Source: Candidatus Binatia bacterium
GTDB taxonomy: Bacteria > Desulfobacterota > Binatia > HRBIN30
Reading direction: 5' to 3'
Length of the DNA: 64,000 nt
NCBI GenBank assembly: GCA_038245295.1
Contig: JBBRSP010000012.1
Span: 136,798-200,797, forward strand
A program made the position numbers and the translations under genes. The notes under the pieces were generated by a model, which did no database searches, was not told where the DNA came from, and saw only the letters and a program-made list of their open reading frames with translations. Shown piece after piece: positions 49,754 through 58,178 of this stretch; position 1 is the stretch's first letter, and the number at the start of each line of letters is the position of its first letter.

Positions 49754-49830
49754 GCATTTGGCCATTTGGCCATTTTGCCAGATGGCTAGATGACCAGATT
49801 GCCAGATGGCCAGACGGCCAAATGGCAAAA
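49754..49830. repeat. 8-bp-period quasi-palindromic tandem repeat CCAnnTGG (~9.5 units)
   Basis: gcatttgg ccatttgg ccattttg ccagatgg ctagatga ccagattg ccagatgg ccagacgg ccaaatgg caaaa. Confidence 0.88.
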
Positions 49831-49857
49831 CGCTCCCCATATGGTAACACCCTGCCC

Positions 49858-51066
49858 ATGACCGAGACCGCCAAACGCGAGGACAAACTGCGTTCCGACC
49901 TCGCCTCGTTACGGATCGATCGCGGAGCTCCGCCGGCAAGACGTTCTCGTCCGGGGCGCGCGCGTCGTATCGTCACCCTTGTCGTCCTGTTGGCCATCGC
50001 CGGCGCGGGCGGCGCGTTTTTTCTACGCGGACGGATCCCCGAGGTGCGTACGGCGCTGGCCGTCGTCGCCGATGCTTCGCAGTCCGGACCACTGCCGGTG
50101 CTCAGTGGCTCCGGGTACGTCGTGACCGGCGATCGTTACATCTCGATCGGCGTGCGTATTCCCGGACGCATCGAGAAGTATTTCGTCGAAGAAGGACAAA
50201 CGGTGCACAAGGGTGATGAGCTCGTGCTGATCGACGATCGCGACTATCGCGCCGCGCTGGCACGTGCCGACGCGCAGCTCGCCGTGGCGCGTGCAAATCT
50301 GGCGCTGGCCGACTCGGAGTTGACGCGCACCCGCGAGCTGAAGCGTCAGGAAGTGGCTTCGAAGCAGGAGCTTGATGTCGCCGAGAACAAGGCGAACGTG
50401 GCGCGGGCCACAGTGGCGCAGTGGGAAGCGGAGAGCTCGCAGGCCAAGGTCAATCTCGAATACACCCTGCTGCGTGCCCCCACGGACGGCGTGATTCTCT
50501 CCAAGGCCAAGGAAGTCGGCGAGATCGCCGTCCCCGGCGGCTTCTCGGGATCGGGTGATCTCATCCGCATGGCGAACCTGTCCGACATGCGCGCCCAGGT
50601 CGACGTCAACGAAGCCGATCTCAATCGCGTCCGTATGGGGCAAAAGGCGGAGGTGATCCCAGACGCCTTCCCCGATATGAAGTACGCCGCCGAAGTGGTG
50701 AAGCTGTACCCGCAAGTCGATCGTCAGAAGGGCACTCTGCGCATCGAAGTCCACCTGCTGAAACCCGATGCCAAGCTGCTGCCCGACATGAGCGCCCGCA
50801 TCGCCTTCCTGGCCGATGCACCGGCCGATGGCAGCAAGCCTCCACCGGCGGTCCTGATCCCAGGCGACGGGTTGCATAAGAACAAGGTCGGCGATCTGGT
50901 GGTGTGGATTCACGACGGAACGAGGGTGCGCGAACAACGCGTCGAAACGGCCGGCGAGTATGAAGGCAGGGCGCGCATCACCAGCGGCCTCAAGGGCGGC
51001 GAGACGGTCGTGATTAGTCAGGGGCCACTGCGCGACGGGCAGTCGGTCCGCCTGGCGCAGCAGTGA
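49858..51066 (+). CDS. periplasmic adaptor / membrane fusion protein (MacA/HlyD-like)
   Basis: TM, G.I...VEEGQ.V.KG, helical hairpin, LRAPTDG, LLPDMS, GLKGGE. Confidence 0.93.
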   Translation: MTETAKREDKLRSDLASLRIDRGAPPARRSRPGRARRIVTLVVLLAIAGAGGAFFLRGRIPEVRTALAVVADASQSGPLPVLSGSGYVVTGDRYISIGVRIPGRIEKYFVEEGQTVHKGDELVLIDDRDYRAALARADAQLAVARANLALADSELTRTRELKRQEVASKQELDVAENKANVARATVAQWEAESSQAKVNLEYTLLRAPTDGVILSKAKEVGEIAVPGGFSGSGDLIRMANLSDMRAQVDVNEADLNRVRMGQKAEVIPDAFPDMKYAAEVVKLYPQVDRQKGTLRIEVHLLKPDAKLLPDMSARIAFLADAPADGSKPPPAVLIPGDGLHKNKVGDLVVWIHDGTRVREQRVETAGEYEGRARITSGLKGGETVVISQGPLRDGQSVRLAQQ

Positions 51067-51147
51067 CGGCAACCGGGGCCCAATTCGTTGCGGGACGTAA
51101 CCACCCACGACGAAGCAGCGTCTAAGCGCAGTGGGGAGGACCACCTT

Positions 51148-51855
51148 ATGGAGGATACGAAGACCGGCCCCGGCCTATCGATTGGCAAGATCGGCGTGGG
51201 AATCGCCGCGCTGGTTGGCCTGGTAATTCTCGGGCGAGCCGCGGGCGGCTACGTGCCCCAGTTTGCTCAGTGGGTGAATGGCCTCGGAGTCTTGGGGCCG
51301 CTGGTGTTCATTCTTGGTTATGCGGTCGCGGTCGTCGCCTTCGTACCGGCCGTCGTGCTCACCCTGGCAGCTGGCGCGATCTTCGGTGTGGTCGCGGGGG
51401 TCGCCTATGTCTTCGTTGCCGCCGTATTGGGCTCCGCCGCCGCGTTTCTGGTGTCGCGTTACGCAGCTCGTTCCTTCATCGAGAAGCGCCTTGCCGGCGA
51501 CGCGCGCTTTGCTGCCATCGATCGCGCCGTCGGCGAGCAGGGACGCAAAATCGTTTTCCTGTTGCGTCTTTCGCCGGCCTTTCCCTTCGTGTTGCTGAAT
51601 TATGGCCTGGGACTGACGAGAGTAAGTTTTGCTGACTATCTAATCGCTTCGGTCGGAATGCTTCCAGGCACGCTGCTCTATGTTTACTACGGCAAGGTCG
51701 CCGGTGATGTTGCGGCGCTGGCCGGTGGCGTAGCGCACGAGAAGGGCGCCGCCGATTATGTGCTGCTGGCCGTCGGGCTCGTCGCCACGATCGCCGTAAC
51801 CGCGTATGTCACGCGCATCGCACGACGCGCCCTCAAGGAGGCCACCGGTGAGTGA
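51148..51855 (+). CDS. TVP38/TMEM64 (DedA superfamily) membrane protein
   Basis: LTLAAGAIFG, LLRLSPAFPF..LNY..GLT, GMLPGT..YVYYG. Confidence 0.92.
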   Translation: MEDTKTGPGLSIGKIGVGIAALVGLVILGRAAGGYVPQFAQWVNGLGVLGPLVFILGYAVAVVAFVPAVVLTLAAGAIFGVVAGVAYVFVAAVLGSAAAFLVSRYAARSFIEKRLAGDARFAAIDRAVGEQGRKIVFLLRLSPAFPFVLLNYGLGLTRVSFADYLIASVGMLPGTLLYVYYGKVAGDVAALAGGVAHEKGAADYVLLAVGLVATIAVTAYVTRIARRALKEATGE

Positions 51856-53356
51856 GACCCTGATCGCCCCACTCGACGAGCACAACCGCAAGCTCCTCGA
51901 TCACGTCCACCCGAGTGATTACGTCAACCCAACACCAGCCGGTCGCTACAACCTCGTCGTCATTGGTGCCGGCACCGCCGGCCTGGTCACCGCCGCTGGT
52001 GCGGCAGGGGTCGGGGCCAAGGTGGCGCTGATCGAGAAACATCTCATGGGCGGCGACTGCCTCAACGTCGGCTGTGTCCCTTCCAAGGGTCTGATCCGGG
52101 CCGCGCGTGTCATGCACGAGGTCGAGCATGCCGGCGACTTCGGTATCCGCGTGCCGCCGGGAACACGCACCGATTTCGGCGCCGTCATGGAACGCATGCG
52201 GCGGTTGCGCGCCGACATCAGCCACAACGACTCCGTGGCGCGCTTCCGCTCACTGGGCATCGATGTCCTCATCGGCCATGGTCGTTTCACCGGCGGCAAC
52301 GTCGTCGAGGTCGGCGATCGCAAACTCGAGTTCGCACGCGCCGTCATTACTACCGGGGCGCGTGCCGCGATGTTGCCCGTCCCCGGGCTCGACACGATCG
52401 ACGTGCTGACCAACGAGAACCTCTTCTGGCTGACAGAGTTGCCGCGGCGCTTGGTGGTGCTCGGCGCCGGACCGATCGGCTGCGAGATGGGCCAAAGCTT
52501 CCGGCGCTTCGGAGCCGAGGTCACCATAATCAGTGCAAACTTCCTCCCCAAGGAAGATCCGCGAGTCGCGGCCATCGTCGAGGAGAGTTTCCGGCGCGAT
52601 GGAGTCAGAGTCGAGCTCTCCGCCAAGATTCTGTCCGCCGCCGCGCGCGGCAGCGAGAAGGTGATCACGTACGAGGTTGGCGGCGAACGGCGGGAGATCA
52701 TTGCCGACGCGGTGTTGCTCGGTGCCGGGCGAGCCCCCAATGTGGAAAACCTCGGCCTCGACACGGTTGGGGTCGAGTTCACCAAGGCCGGCGTCAAGGT
52801 CGACGACGCCCTACGCACCACCAACCCGCACATCTTCGCCGCCGGCGATATCGCCTCGAAATATCAGTTCACCCATGCCGCCGACGCCCTGGCGCGTATC
52901 GTCATCCAGAACGCGTTGTTCTTCGGCCGCAAGAAGGCCAGCGCGTTGCACATCCCGTGGTGCACCTACACCGACCCGGAGGTGGCGCATGTTGGCCTCA
53001 ACGAGCGTGACGCACAGGCGGCGGGCATCGACGTTACGACGCACACGATCGAATTCAAAGACGTCGATCGCGCCATCCTCGACGGCGACACGCGCGGCCT
53101 GGCCCGCGCCGTCGTCAAGAAAGGAACCGACAAGCTGGTTGGCCTGACGATCGTCACCGGACATGCCGGTGAAATGATCGGCGAGGCCGTCCTGGCGATG
53201 AACCACAACATCGGCCTCGGCAGCTTCGGCTCGACAATTCACCCGTATCCGACGCAGGCGGAGATCCTGCGGAAGCTCGGCGACGCCTTCAACCGCACAC
53301 GCCTGACCCCTACCGTGAAGAAACTGTTCGACCGGATCCTTGCCTGGCGCCGCTGA
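51848..53356 (+). CDS. class I pyridine nucleotide-disulfide oxidoreductase (lipoamide dehydrogenase/MerA-like, no C-terminal Cys pair)
   Basis: GAGTAG, GGDCLNVGCVPSK, GAGPIG, AAGD, HPYPTQAE. Confidence 0.92.
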   Translation: MSETLIAPLDEHNRKLLDHVHPSDYVNPTPAGRYNLVVIGAGTAGLVTAAGAAGVGAKVALIEKHLMGGDCLNVGCVPSKGLIRAARVMHEVEHAGDFGIRVPPGTRTDFGAVMERMRRLRADISHNDSVARFRSLGIDVLIGHGRFTGGNVVEVGDRKLEFARAVITTGARAAMLPVPGLDTIDVLTNENLFWLTELPRRLVVLGAGPIGCEMGQSFRRFGAEVTIISANFLPKEDPRVAAIVEESFRRDGVRVELSAKILSAAARGSEKVITYEVGGERREIIADAVLLGAGRAPNVENLGLDTVGVEFTKAGVKVDDALRTTNPHIFAAGDIASKYQFTHAADALARIVIQNALFFGRKKASALHIPWCTYTDPEVAHVGLNERDAQAAGIDVTTHTIEFKDVDRAILDGDTRGLARAVVKKGTDKLVGLTIVTGHAGEMIGEAVLAMNHNIGLGSFGSTIHPYPTQAEILRKLGDAFNRTRLTPTVKKLFDRILAWRR

Positions 53357-53424
53357 AGCGATTGCACGATCGGCGATTCGACCCGAGTTGAGCCACCCTA
53401 CCCCGACGCGATACCTAACGCCGT

Positions 53425-54114
53425 ATGGCGAACCAACATCAACTGACACTGTTCGGCGAGACACTGTGGCTGAGCCCGTATGTGCTCTCGTCGTTCGTAG
53501 CGTTGACGGAGAAGGAGTTGCCGTTCGAGCTGCACGGCGTTGCTCTCTGGGAAGGTGAGCATCTCGAAGCCGCCTATCGCGACGCCAGTCTTACCGCGAA
53601 GGTTCCGTCGCTCGATCACAATGGCTTTCGGATCGCCGAGTCGAGCGCCATCGCCGAGTATCTCGACGAGGCATTTTTCGGCCATGGCCGGCCCTTGTTC
53701 CCCAAGGACGTTCAGAACCGTGCCCGGGCGCGTCAACTGATGGCCTGGCTACGTTCCGATCTGATGGCCCTGCGTGACGAATGCCCCACCGTGACGATCT
53801 TCTACGACTACAACGCCAAGCCACTGACGCCGGCCGGCCAGCGTGATGTCGACAAGTTGCTGCGTATCGCCACGGCCCTCGTCCGCGCCAACCAGTCCTT
53901 ATTCGGCGACTGGAGCCTGGTCGATATCGAACTCGCCCTGATGCTGCAGCGCTTGCTCAGCAATGGCATCAACATCCCAAGCGCTCTGCACGCCTACGCG
54001 GAGCGCGAGTGGCACCGGCCTTCGGCGCGCATCTACATCGACCGGCCGCGGGCCAAAGAGGTACCCGACTCCTACTGGACCTTCGGCGGCACGCCGCGCA
54101 TGGATGTTGCGTAG
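53425..54114 (+). CDS. glutathione S-transferase, YfcF-like
   Basis: SPYV.S.FVAL.EK, SLTAKVP, ESSAIAEYL, RARARQ..AWLRSDL. Confidence 0.9.
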   Translation: MANQHQLTLFGETLWLSPYVLSSFVALTEKELPFELHGVALWEGEHLEAAYRDASLTAKVPSLDHNGFRIAESSAIAEYLDEAFFGHGRPLFPKDVQNRARARQLMAWLRSDLMALRDECPTVTIFYDYNAKPLTPAGQRDVDKLLRIATALVRANQSLFGDWSLVDIELALMLQRLLSNGINIPSALHAYAEREWHRPSARIYIDRPRAKEVPDSYWTFGGTPRMDVA

Positions 54115-54138
54115 GGGCGGGTCGCGACCCGCCCCTAC
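54111..54138. repeat. perfect 28-bp GTAG-type REP palindrome
   Basis: GTAGGGGCGGGTCG|CGACCCGCCCCTAC; its TAG is the GST stop codon; lies between convergent genes. Confidence 0.85.
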
Positions 54139-54151
54139 GTTCTCCGCATCG

Positions 54152-55501
54152 TCATGGAACGGTGGGCGTCGAGCGAAACGACACCCAGAACGGCAGTGCC
54201 GTCGCCGTCACCGCGAGAGCGATGAGACACTCCTTGGGCCGCCCCCAGAGCATCGAGACGGCGATCGCCGCGTTGGCGATGATGTAGAGCGCCGGCACCC
54301 ACGGGTATCCCCACGCACGGTAAGGACGCCGGCGCTGCGGGTATTTGCGGCGCAACGCATAAAGAGCGGTGGTATCGGCAATGGTCGCGACGACGATGGC
54401 GAAGGTCGTGTAGTCGAGAACGCTCGGGAAGCTCTGCAGGACAACAATCAGAAAGATCGCCGTCAGTGCCTGAGCGGCGATCGCCACATGCGGGGTGCGG
54501 TTGGTCTCGTGGACCCGATGCACGCCGCGAAAGAACTTGCCGTCGATCGCCATCGCGTAGGCGATACGCGGCCCGACGAGAATCGTGGCGTTGAGACAGC
54601 CGACGATAGAAGCCAACACGAGGCCGGCGGTAATCGTTCCGCCCACCTCGCCAAACAAGACACGCGCGGCGGCCTCACCAACACGCACTTCGCCGCGCAG
54701 CTGACTGATCGGCAGGGCATAGAGATACACGGCGTTGATCAGCAAGTAGATCACGGTACACATCGCCAGGCCGAAGAAGAGCGAGCGCGGCACGTTGCGT
54801 CCTGGATCGCGAATCTCGCTGGCGACGTATACGGAAGCGTTCCAACCAAGGTAGCTGAAGAGAATCGGCGACAAGGCCAACCCAAAACCTGACAGTGGCA
54901 CCGACGCCGCGCCGGCAACGACGGGCTGCAGATTCGACAGGTGGCCGTGCCCAACCAGTGGTCCGACGATCGCCACACCGGCCAGCGCGACGAGTTTCAG
55001 ATAGGCGGTCACGTTGTTGAACGTCGCCCCGGCGCGCACGCCGACGAAATTGATCCAACTCGTCGCCAGCGTGATCAAAACGGCCGCAACTACCTTGCCG
55101 ACGGGCCCCAGAGGCACGAAGCGTTCGAGTGCCTCCGCAAAACCGGCGGCCAACGTCGCCACCGTGCCGGCATAGATGACGAAGAACGACAACCAACCGA
55201 CGAGAAATCCGGCCAGCGGATGGTACGCCTCGCGCAAGTAGACATAGTCGCCGCCGGCGTGCGGATACATGGCGCCGAGCTCGGCGTTGGCGAGGGCACC
55301 GGCAAGCGACAACATGCCGCCGATGAACCAGGCACCGAGAACCAGCCCCGGATGTGGCAATACGTTCGCCACGGTACCGGGGGTGAGGAAGATGCCGACG
55401 CCAATCACCGACGAGACACACAACATGGTGGCGTCGGTCAGCGACAGACCGCGCTCGAGCCGATCGAGGGGATGGCGGTCGGCTCCGTCGTGTTGATCCA
55501 C
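54152..55501 (-). CDS. APC superfamily amino acid permease
   Basis: IGVGIF, AELGAMYP.AGG.Y.YL, FSYLGW, SEIRDP.RN.P, RPYRAWGYP. Confidence 0.94.
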   Translation of the reverse strand: MDQHDGADRHPLDRLERGLSLTDATMLCVSSVIGVGIFLTPGTVANVLPHPGLVLGAWFIGGMLSLAGALANAELGAMYPHAGGDYVYLREAYHPLAGFLVGWLSFFVIYAGTVATLAAGFAEALERFVPLGPVGKVVAAVLITLATSWINFVGVRAGATFNNVTAYLKLVALAGVAIVGPLVGHGHLSNLQPVVAGAASVPLSGFGLALSPILFSYLGWNASVYVASEIRDPGRNVPRSLFFGLAMCTVIYLLINAVYLYALPISQLRGEVRVGEAAARVLFGEVGGTITAGLVLASIVGCLNATILVGPRIAYAMAIDGKFFRGVHRVHETNRTPHVAIAAQALTAIFLIVVLQSFPSVLDYTTFAIVVATIADTTALYALRRKYPQRRRPYRAWGYPWVPALYIIANAAIAVSMLWGRPKECLIALAVTATALPFWVSFRSTPTVP

Positions 55502-55678
55502 GCGGTCGTGCTATCCCGCGCTGCCGCCGCTCGTCAATGGTTTGAGCATTGCGGTTGTTGACCCGCACCACTCAACTTGGAAGAGTCCGGATGTAGCCGC
55601 TCGACAGAGCCAGAAGCGCCGTCATCCGCGATGACGCCGATGGGCCGGTAACTGGACCGCACGAAAAAGGAGTCGCTC

Positions 55679-55879
55679 ATGGCCACTGCACGCATCAGTG
55701 AAATCGTCGCTTCCGCCAAGACACTGGAAGGAGCCATCGAGGAAGGTGTCAAACGCGCCACCAAGACGTTGCGCGGCGTCACCGGCATAGAGGTGACCAA
55801 GATTCAGGCGAAGATCGACAAGAAGAAGATCAAAGAGTACCGCCTGCACATGAACGTAACGTTCGTGCTTGAGGGATAG
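55679..55879 (+). CDS. dodecin family protein
   Basis: EIVAS...EGAIEEGV.RA.KTLRG, YR..M.VTF.LE; AAGGAG SD. Confidence 0.9.
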   Translation: MATARISEIVASAKTLEGAIEEGVKRATKTLRGVTGIEVTKIQAKIDKKKIKEYRLHMNVTFVLEG

Positions 55880-55920
55880 ACGCAGGTTCATCGCCGGCCG
55901 AAGCCTGTGCCGCCGTGGCG

Positions 55921-55943
55921 GTAGGCGCAAGCTTCAGCTTGCG
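55921..55943 (+). repeat. GTAG-type REP GTAG-GCGCAAGCTTCAGCTTGCG
   Basis: GTAG tetranucleotide plus hairpin; copies at 45304 and 58074. Confidence 0.82.
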
Positions 55944-55962
55944 GCGGCGCGGGCGTCGCGTT

Positions 55963-56778
55963 TCAGCCAACACACGCGACGACCAGCTCGTCGGTGACCC
56001 ACTGGGCGAGCAGGGATGCCGCCTGCTCAGCGGCGGTAGTTTCATCCGACACCTCGGCCACCAGGGCGCACACTTCGGCGAAGCTGGCGCCGTCGCGCAC
56101 GGCAGACAGGGCCACGCTTTCGAGCCGATTCATCGGTCGATACCGCAGGCGCAGTCCGGAGCGCCACACGCGGACATATTGCTCCTCGTTCGCAGCCGGA
56201 GGCAAAGTTTCCTCACCCTGCCGCGCTTCCCACAGGAGCAACACGCTCCACTCGGTGGAGACGAGACGTAGCGACGGGTGCAACTCGAATTGCAGCTCAC
56301 CCCAGCGCTCTGGGGCGATCGCCGCCAGCTCCGACACGTCGAGCGGCGTTGCGTCGGCCGCATCAAAAGCCTCGACGAAAGCCCACTCCAACTGCGCCAG
56401 ATCGCCCGCCGCCGGGTGCAATTGGCAGACGGGATGGCTCTCGACGAAGGAGCAGAGCTTTTCGCCCGCGTAGCGCAGCGAGAAGTGTTGCGGCGGATGA
56501 GCCAGAAGGTAGTCGGTGATCAGGTTGTGGAAGGCTGCGTCGCCGATCAACTGCACGAGAGTCGGATAGTCGTCGCGCACGCAGTCGAGCAAGCGGAAGA
56601 AGTACATATTGGCATAGACATCCAGCCGCTCGACGGCCGAAAGCCGGCCATCGCCGCGGACCAGGCCATCGTACAACGCAAGCTCGTCGGCATTGAGCTG
56701 CTCGAGCCCTGCCTGTGTGCCTTCAGGCGCGGTGATCAGTTTCCACAGCAACCGTTGGGTCGCGGCGAGGTCCGTCAT
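55963..56778 (-). CDS. DUF2063 MNIO partner protein (BufC/HvfC-like)
   Basis: RLDVYANMYF.RL...L..DYP, YL..HP, DLAQLEWA, HPSLRL; immediately downstream of DUF692. Confidence 0.88.
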   Translation of the reverse strand: MTDLAATQRLLWKLITAPEGTQAGLEQLNADELALYDGLVRGDGRLSAVERLDVYANMYFFRLLDCVRDDYPTLVQLIGDAAFHNLITDYLLAHPPQHFSLRYAGEKLCSFVESHPVCQLHPAAGDLAQLEWAFVEAFDAADATPLDVSELAAIAPERWGELQFELHPSLRLVSTEWSVLLLWEARQGEETLPPAANEEQYVRVWRSGLRLRYRPMNRLESVALSAVRDGASFAEVCALVAEVSDETTAAEQAASLLAQWVTDELVVACVG

Positions 56779-57586
56779 CTTGCAAAACCGATCTGCTGAT
56801 TTGCCGCGCTTTGTCGGCTTGCGCCACGACGTCGGCAAGGGGCGGGATGTGATCGTCCCATTCAATCAGGGTGGCACGCGGACCAATCACCCGCAGCGCG
56901 TCGGCGTACAGCGCCCACACGTCATCACATACCGGATGGTCATGCGTGTCGTGTAGGAACGTACCGCGATTGCTGTGCCCGGCGAGATGATACTGGCGCA
57001 CGCGTGCCGCCGGCACGTTGCGCAGATAGTGCTGCGCGTCGAAGCCGTGGTTGAAGGCACTCACGTAGATGTTGTTGATGTCGAGAAGGATCTCGCAATC
57101 GGCGCGCTCGGCGATTGTCGTCAGGAACTCCCACTCGGGCATCGTCGAGGAATTGAACTCCAGATACGTGGAGACGTTTTCGAGGACAAAGCGCCGACCG
57201 AGCACATCTTGCACCTGGCGCAGCCGATCGACGACATGATCGACGACGTTCGGCGTATAGGGCAGCGGCAGCAGGTCGTGCAGATTATGCCCGCCGACCC
57301 CGGTCCAACACAGATGATCCGACACCCACAACGGCTGCACTTGCCCGGCCAAGCGCTTCAACTGCTGCAAATATGCGTGATTGAGCGGGTCGGCGGAACC
57401 AATCGAAAGCGACACACCATGCAGGACAATCGGATAACGTTCGGCAATTCGTTCAAGGGTCGCCAGCGGCCGCCCGCCCGGGACCAGGAAGTTCTCCGAG
57501 ATGACTTCGAACCAATCGATCTGCGGCCAAACGTCGAGGATTTCGGCGTAGTGCTGCTTGCGGAGGCCGATGCCGAAGCCAGTCAT
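56723..57586 (-). CDS. DUF692 multinuclear non-heme iron oxidative enzyme (BufB-like)
   Basis: GIGLR..HY, FEVISENF, HGVSLSIG, SDHLCW, HDLLPLP, LENVS, LLDINN, HLAGH, DTHD, EWD; start 57586 or 57610. Confidence 0.96.
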   Translation of the reverse strand: MTGFGIGLRKQHYAEILDVWPQIDWFEVISENFLVPGGRPLATLERIAERYPIVLHGVSLSIGSADPLNHAYLQQLKRLAGQVQPLWVSDHLCWTGVGGHNLHDLLPLPYTPNVVDHVVDRLRQVQDVLGRRFVLENVSTYLEFNSSTMPEWEFLTTIAERADCEILLDINNIYVSAFNHGFDAQHYLRNVPAARVRQYHLAGHSNRGTFLHDTHDHPVCDDVWALYADALRVIGPRATLIEWDDHIPPLADVVAQADKARQISRSVLQDDGPRRDPTVAVETDHRA

Positions 57587-57630
57587 CCGATCATTTTGCC
57601 ATTCTGCCATTGGGCCGCTTTTGGCGTCGG

Positions 57631-57669
57631 AAAAGTCACGGTGATCGGATATCGCCGATCACCGTGACT
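57631..57669 (-). terminator. intra-operon terminator/stabilising hairpin after the precursor gene
   Basis: AGTCACGGTGATCGG-cgatat-CCGATCACCGTGACT followed by TTT on the minus strand. Confidence 0.8.
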
Positions 57670-57680
57670 CCACAGTGGCG

Positions 57681-57938
57681 TTACTTCGGCGTGCCGCCCT
57701 TGGCCTTGCAATCGGCTTCGGGGAGCATGACCCAGCCTTTGCCCTTGCACTCGTTCTTACCGGCGCAATCGTGACCGGCACCGCCGCAGGCGCCTTGCGC
57801 CTTGCACGAGTTGCCGCCTTCGCACTTGACGTTCTTGGCATCGCCGCCGCCCATCGTATCGGCAGCCATTGCGGCCCTGGCGCAGAACAAACCAGCGACG
57901 GCAGTCGCGATCACGGCACCCTTTGCAACTTTATTCAT
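57681..57938 (-). CDS. exported 6-Cys RiPP precursor, bufferin (BufA2-like)
   Basis: 85 aa with signal peptide, KCEGGNSCKAQGAC..HDCAGKNECKGKGW..ADCKAKGG; GGGAGG SD; precedes DUF692. Confidence 0.9.
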   Translation of the reverse strand: MNKVAKGAVIATAVAGLFCARAAMAADTMGGGDAKNVKCEGGNSCKAQGACGGAGHDCAGKNECKGKGWVMLPEADCKAKGGTPK

Positions 57939-57986
57939 CGATCCTCCCTTTTGCGCGGGCTCACCCCGCTGTCGTTTGGTCGGGAA

Positions 57987-58012
57987 TACGTGCGACTTCC
58001 CCGATTGGATGT
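57987..58012 (-). promoter_or_regulatory. possible ECF-type promoter of the bufferin locus
   Basis: ACATCC-N16-CGTA upstream of the precursor gene. Confidence 0.35.
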
Positions 58013-58073
58013 AGATGCTGCGTGAGGACGTAGCCGAAGTCAACGTACGAGATGGTCTCTCTCCACCGGATCG

Positions 58074-58096
58074 CTAGGCGCAAGCTTCAGCTTGCG
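58074..58096 (+). repeat. GTAG-type REP variant CTAG-GCGCAAGCTTCAGCTTGCG
   Basis: Third copy of the same hairpin. Confidence 0.78.
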
Positions 58097-58133
58097 GTGC
58101 GGAACGTCTCAAGAGCCGACGACGCCCGGGATC

Positions 58134-58167
58134 GAGAAGGAAGGGCCGGCTCACGAGAGCCGGCCCT
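58134..58167 (-). terminator. probable terminator after the giant Cys-rich gene
   Basis: AGGGCCGGCTC-tcgt-GAGCCGGCCCT followed by TCCTTCT. Confidence 0.6.
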
Positions 58168-58178
58168 CACAGAGGAGC

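Noticed and set aside
51848..53356. Mercuric reductase merA
   Set aside because: Lacks the C-terminal Cys-Cys and the N-terminal metal-binding domain; no mer genes nearby
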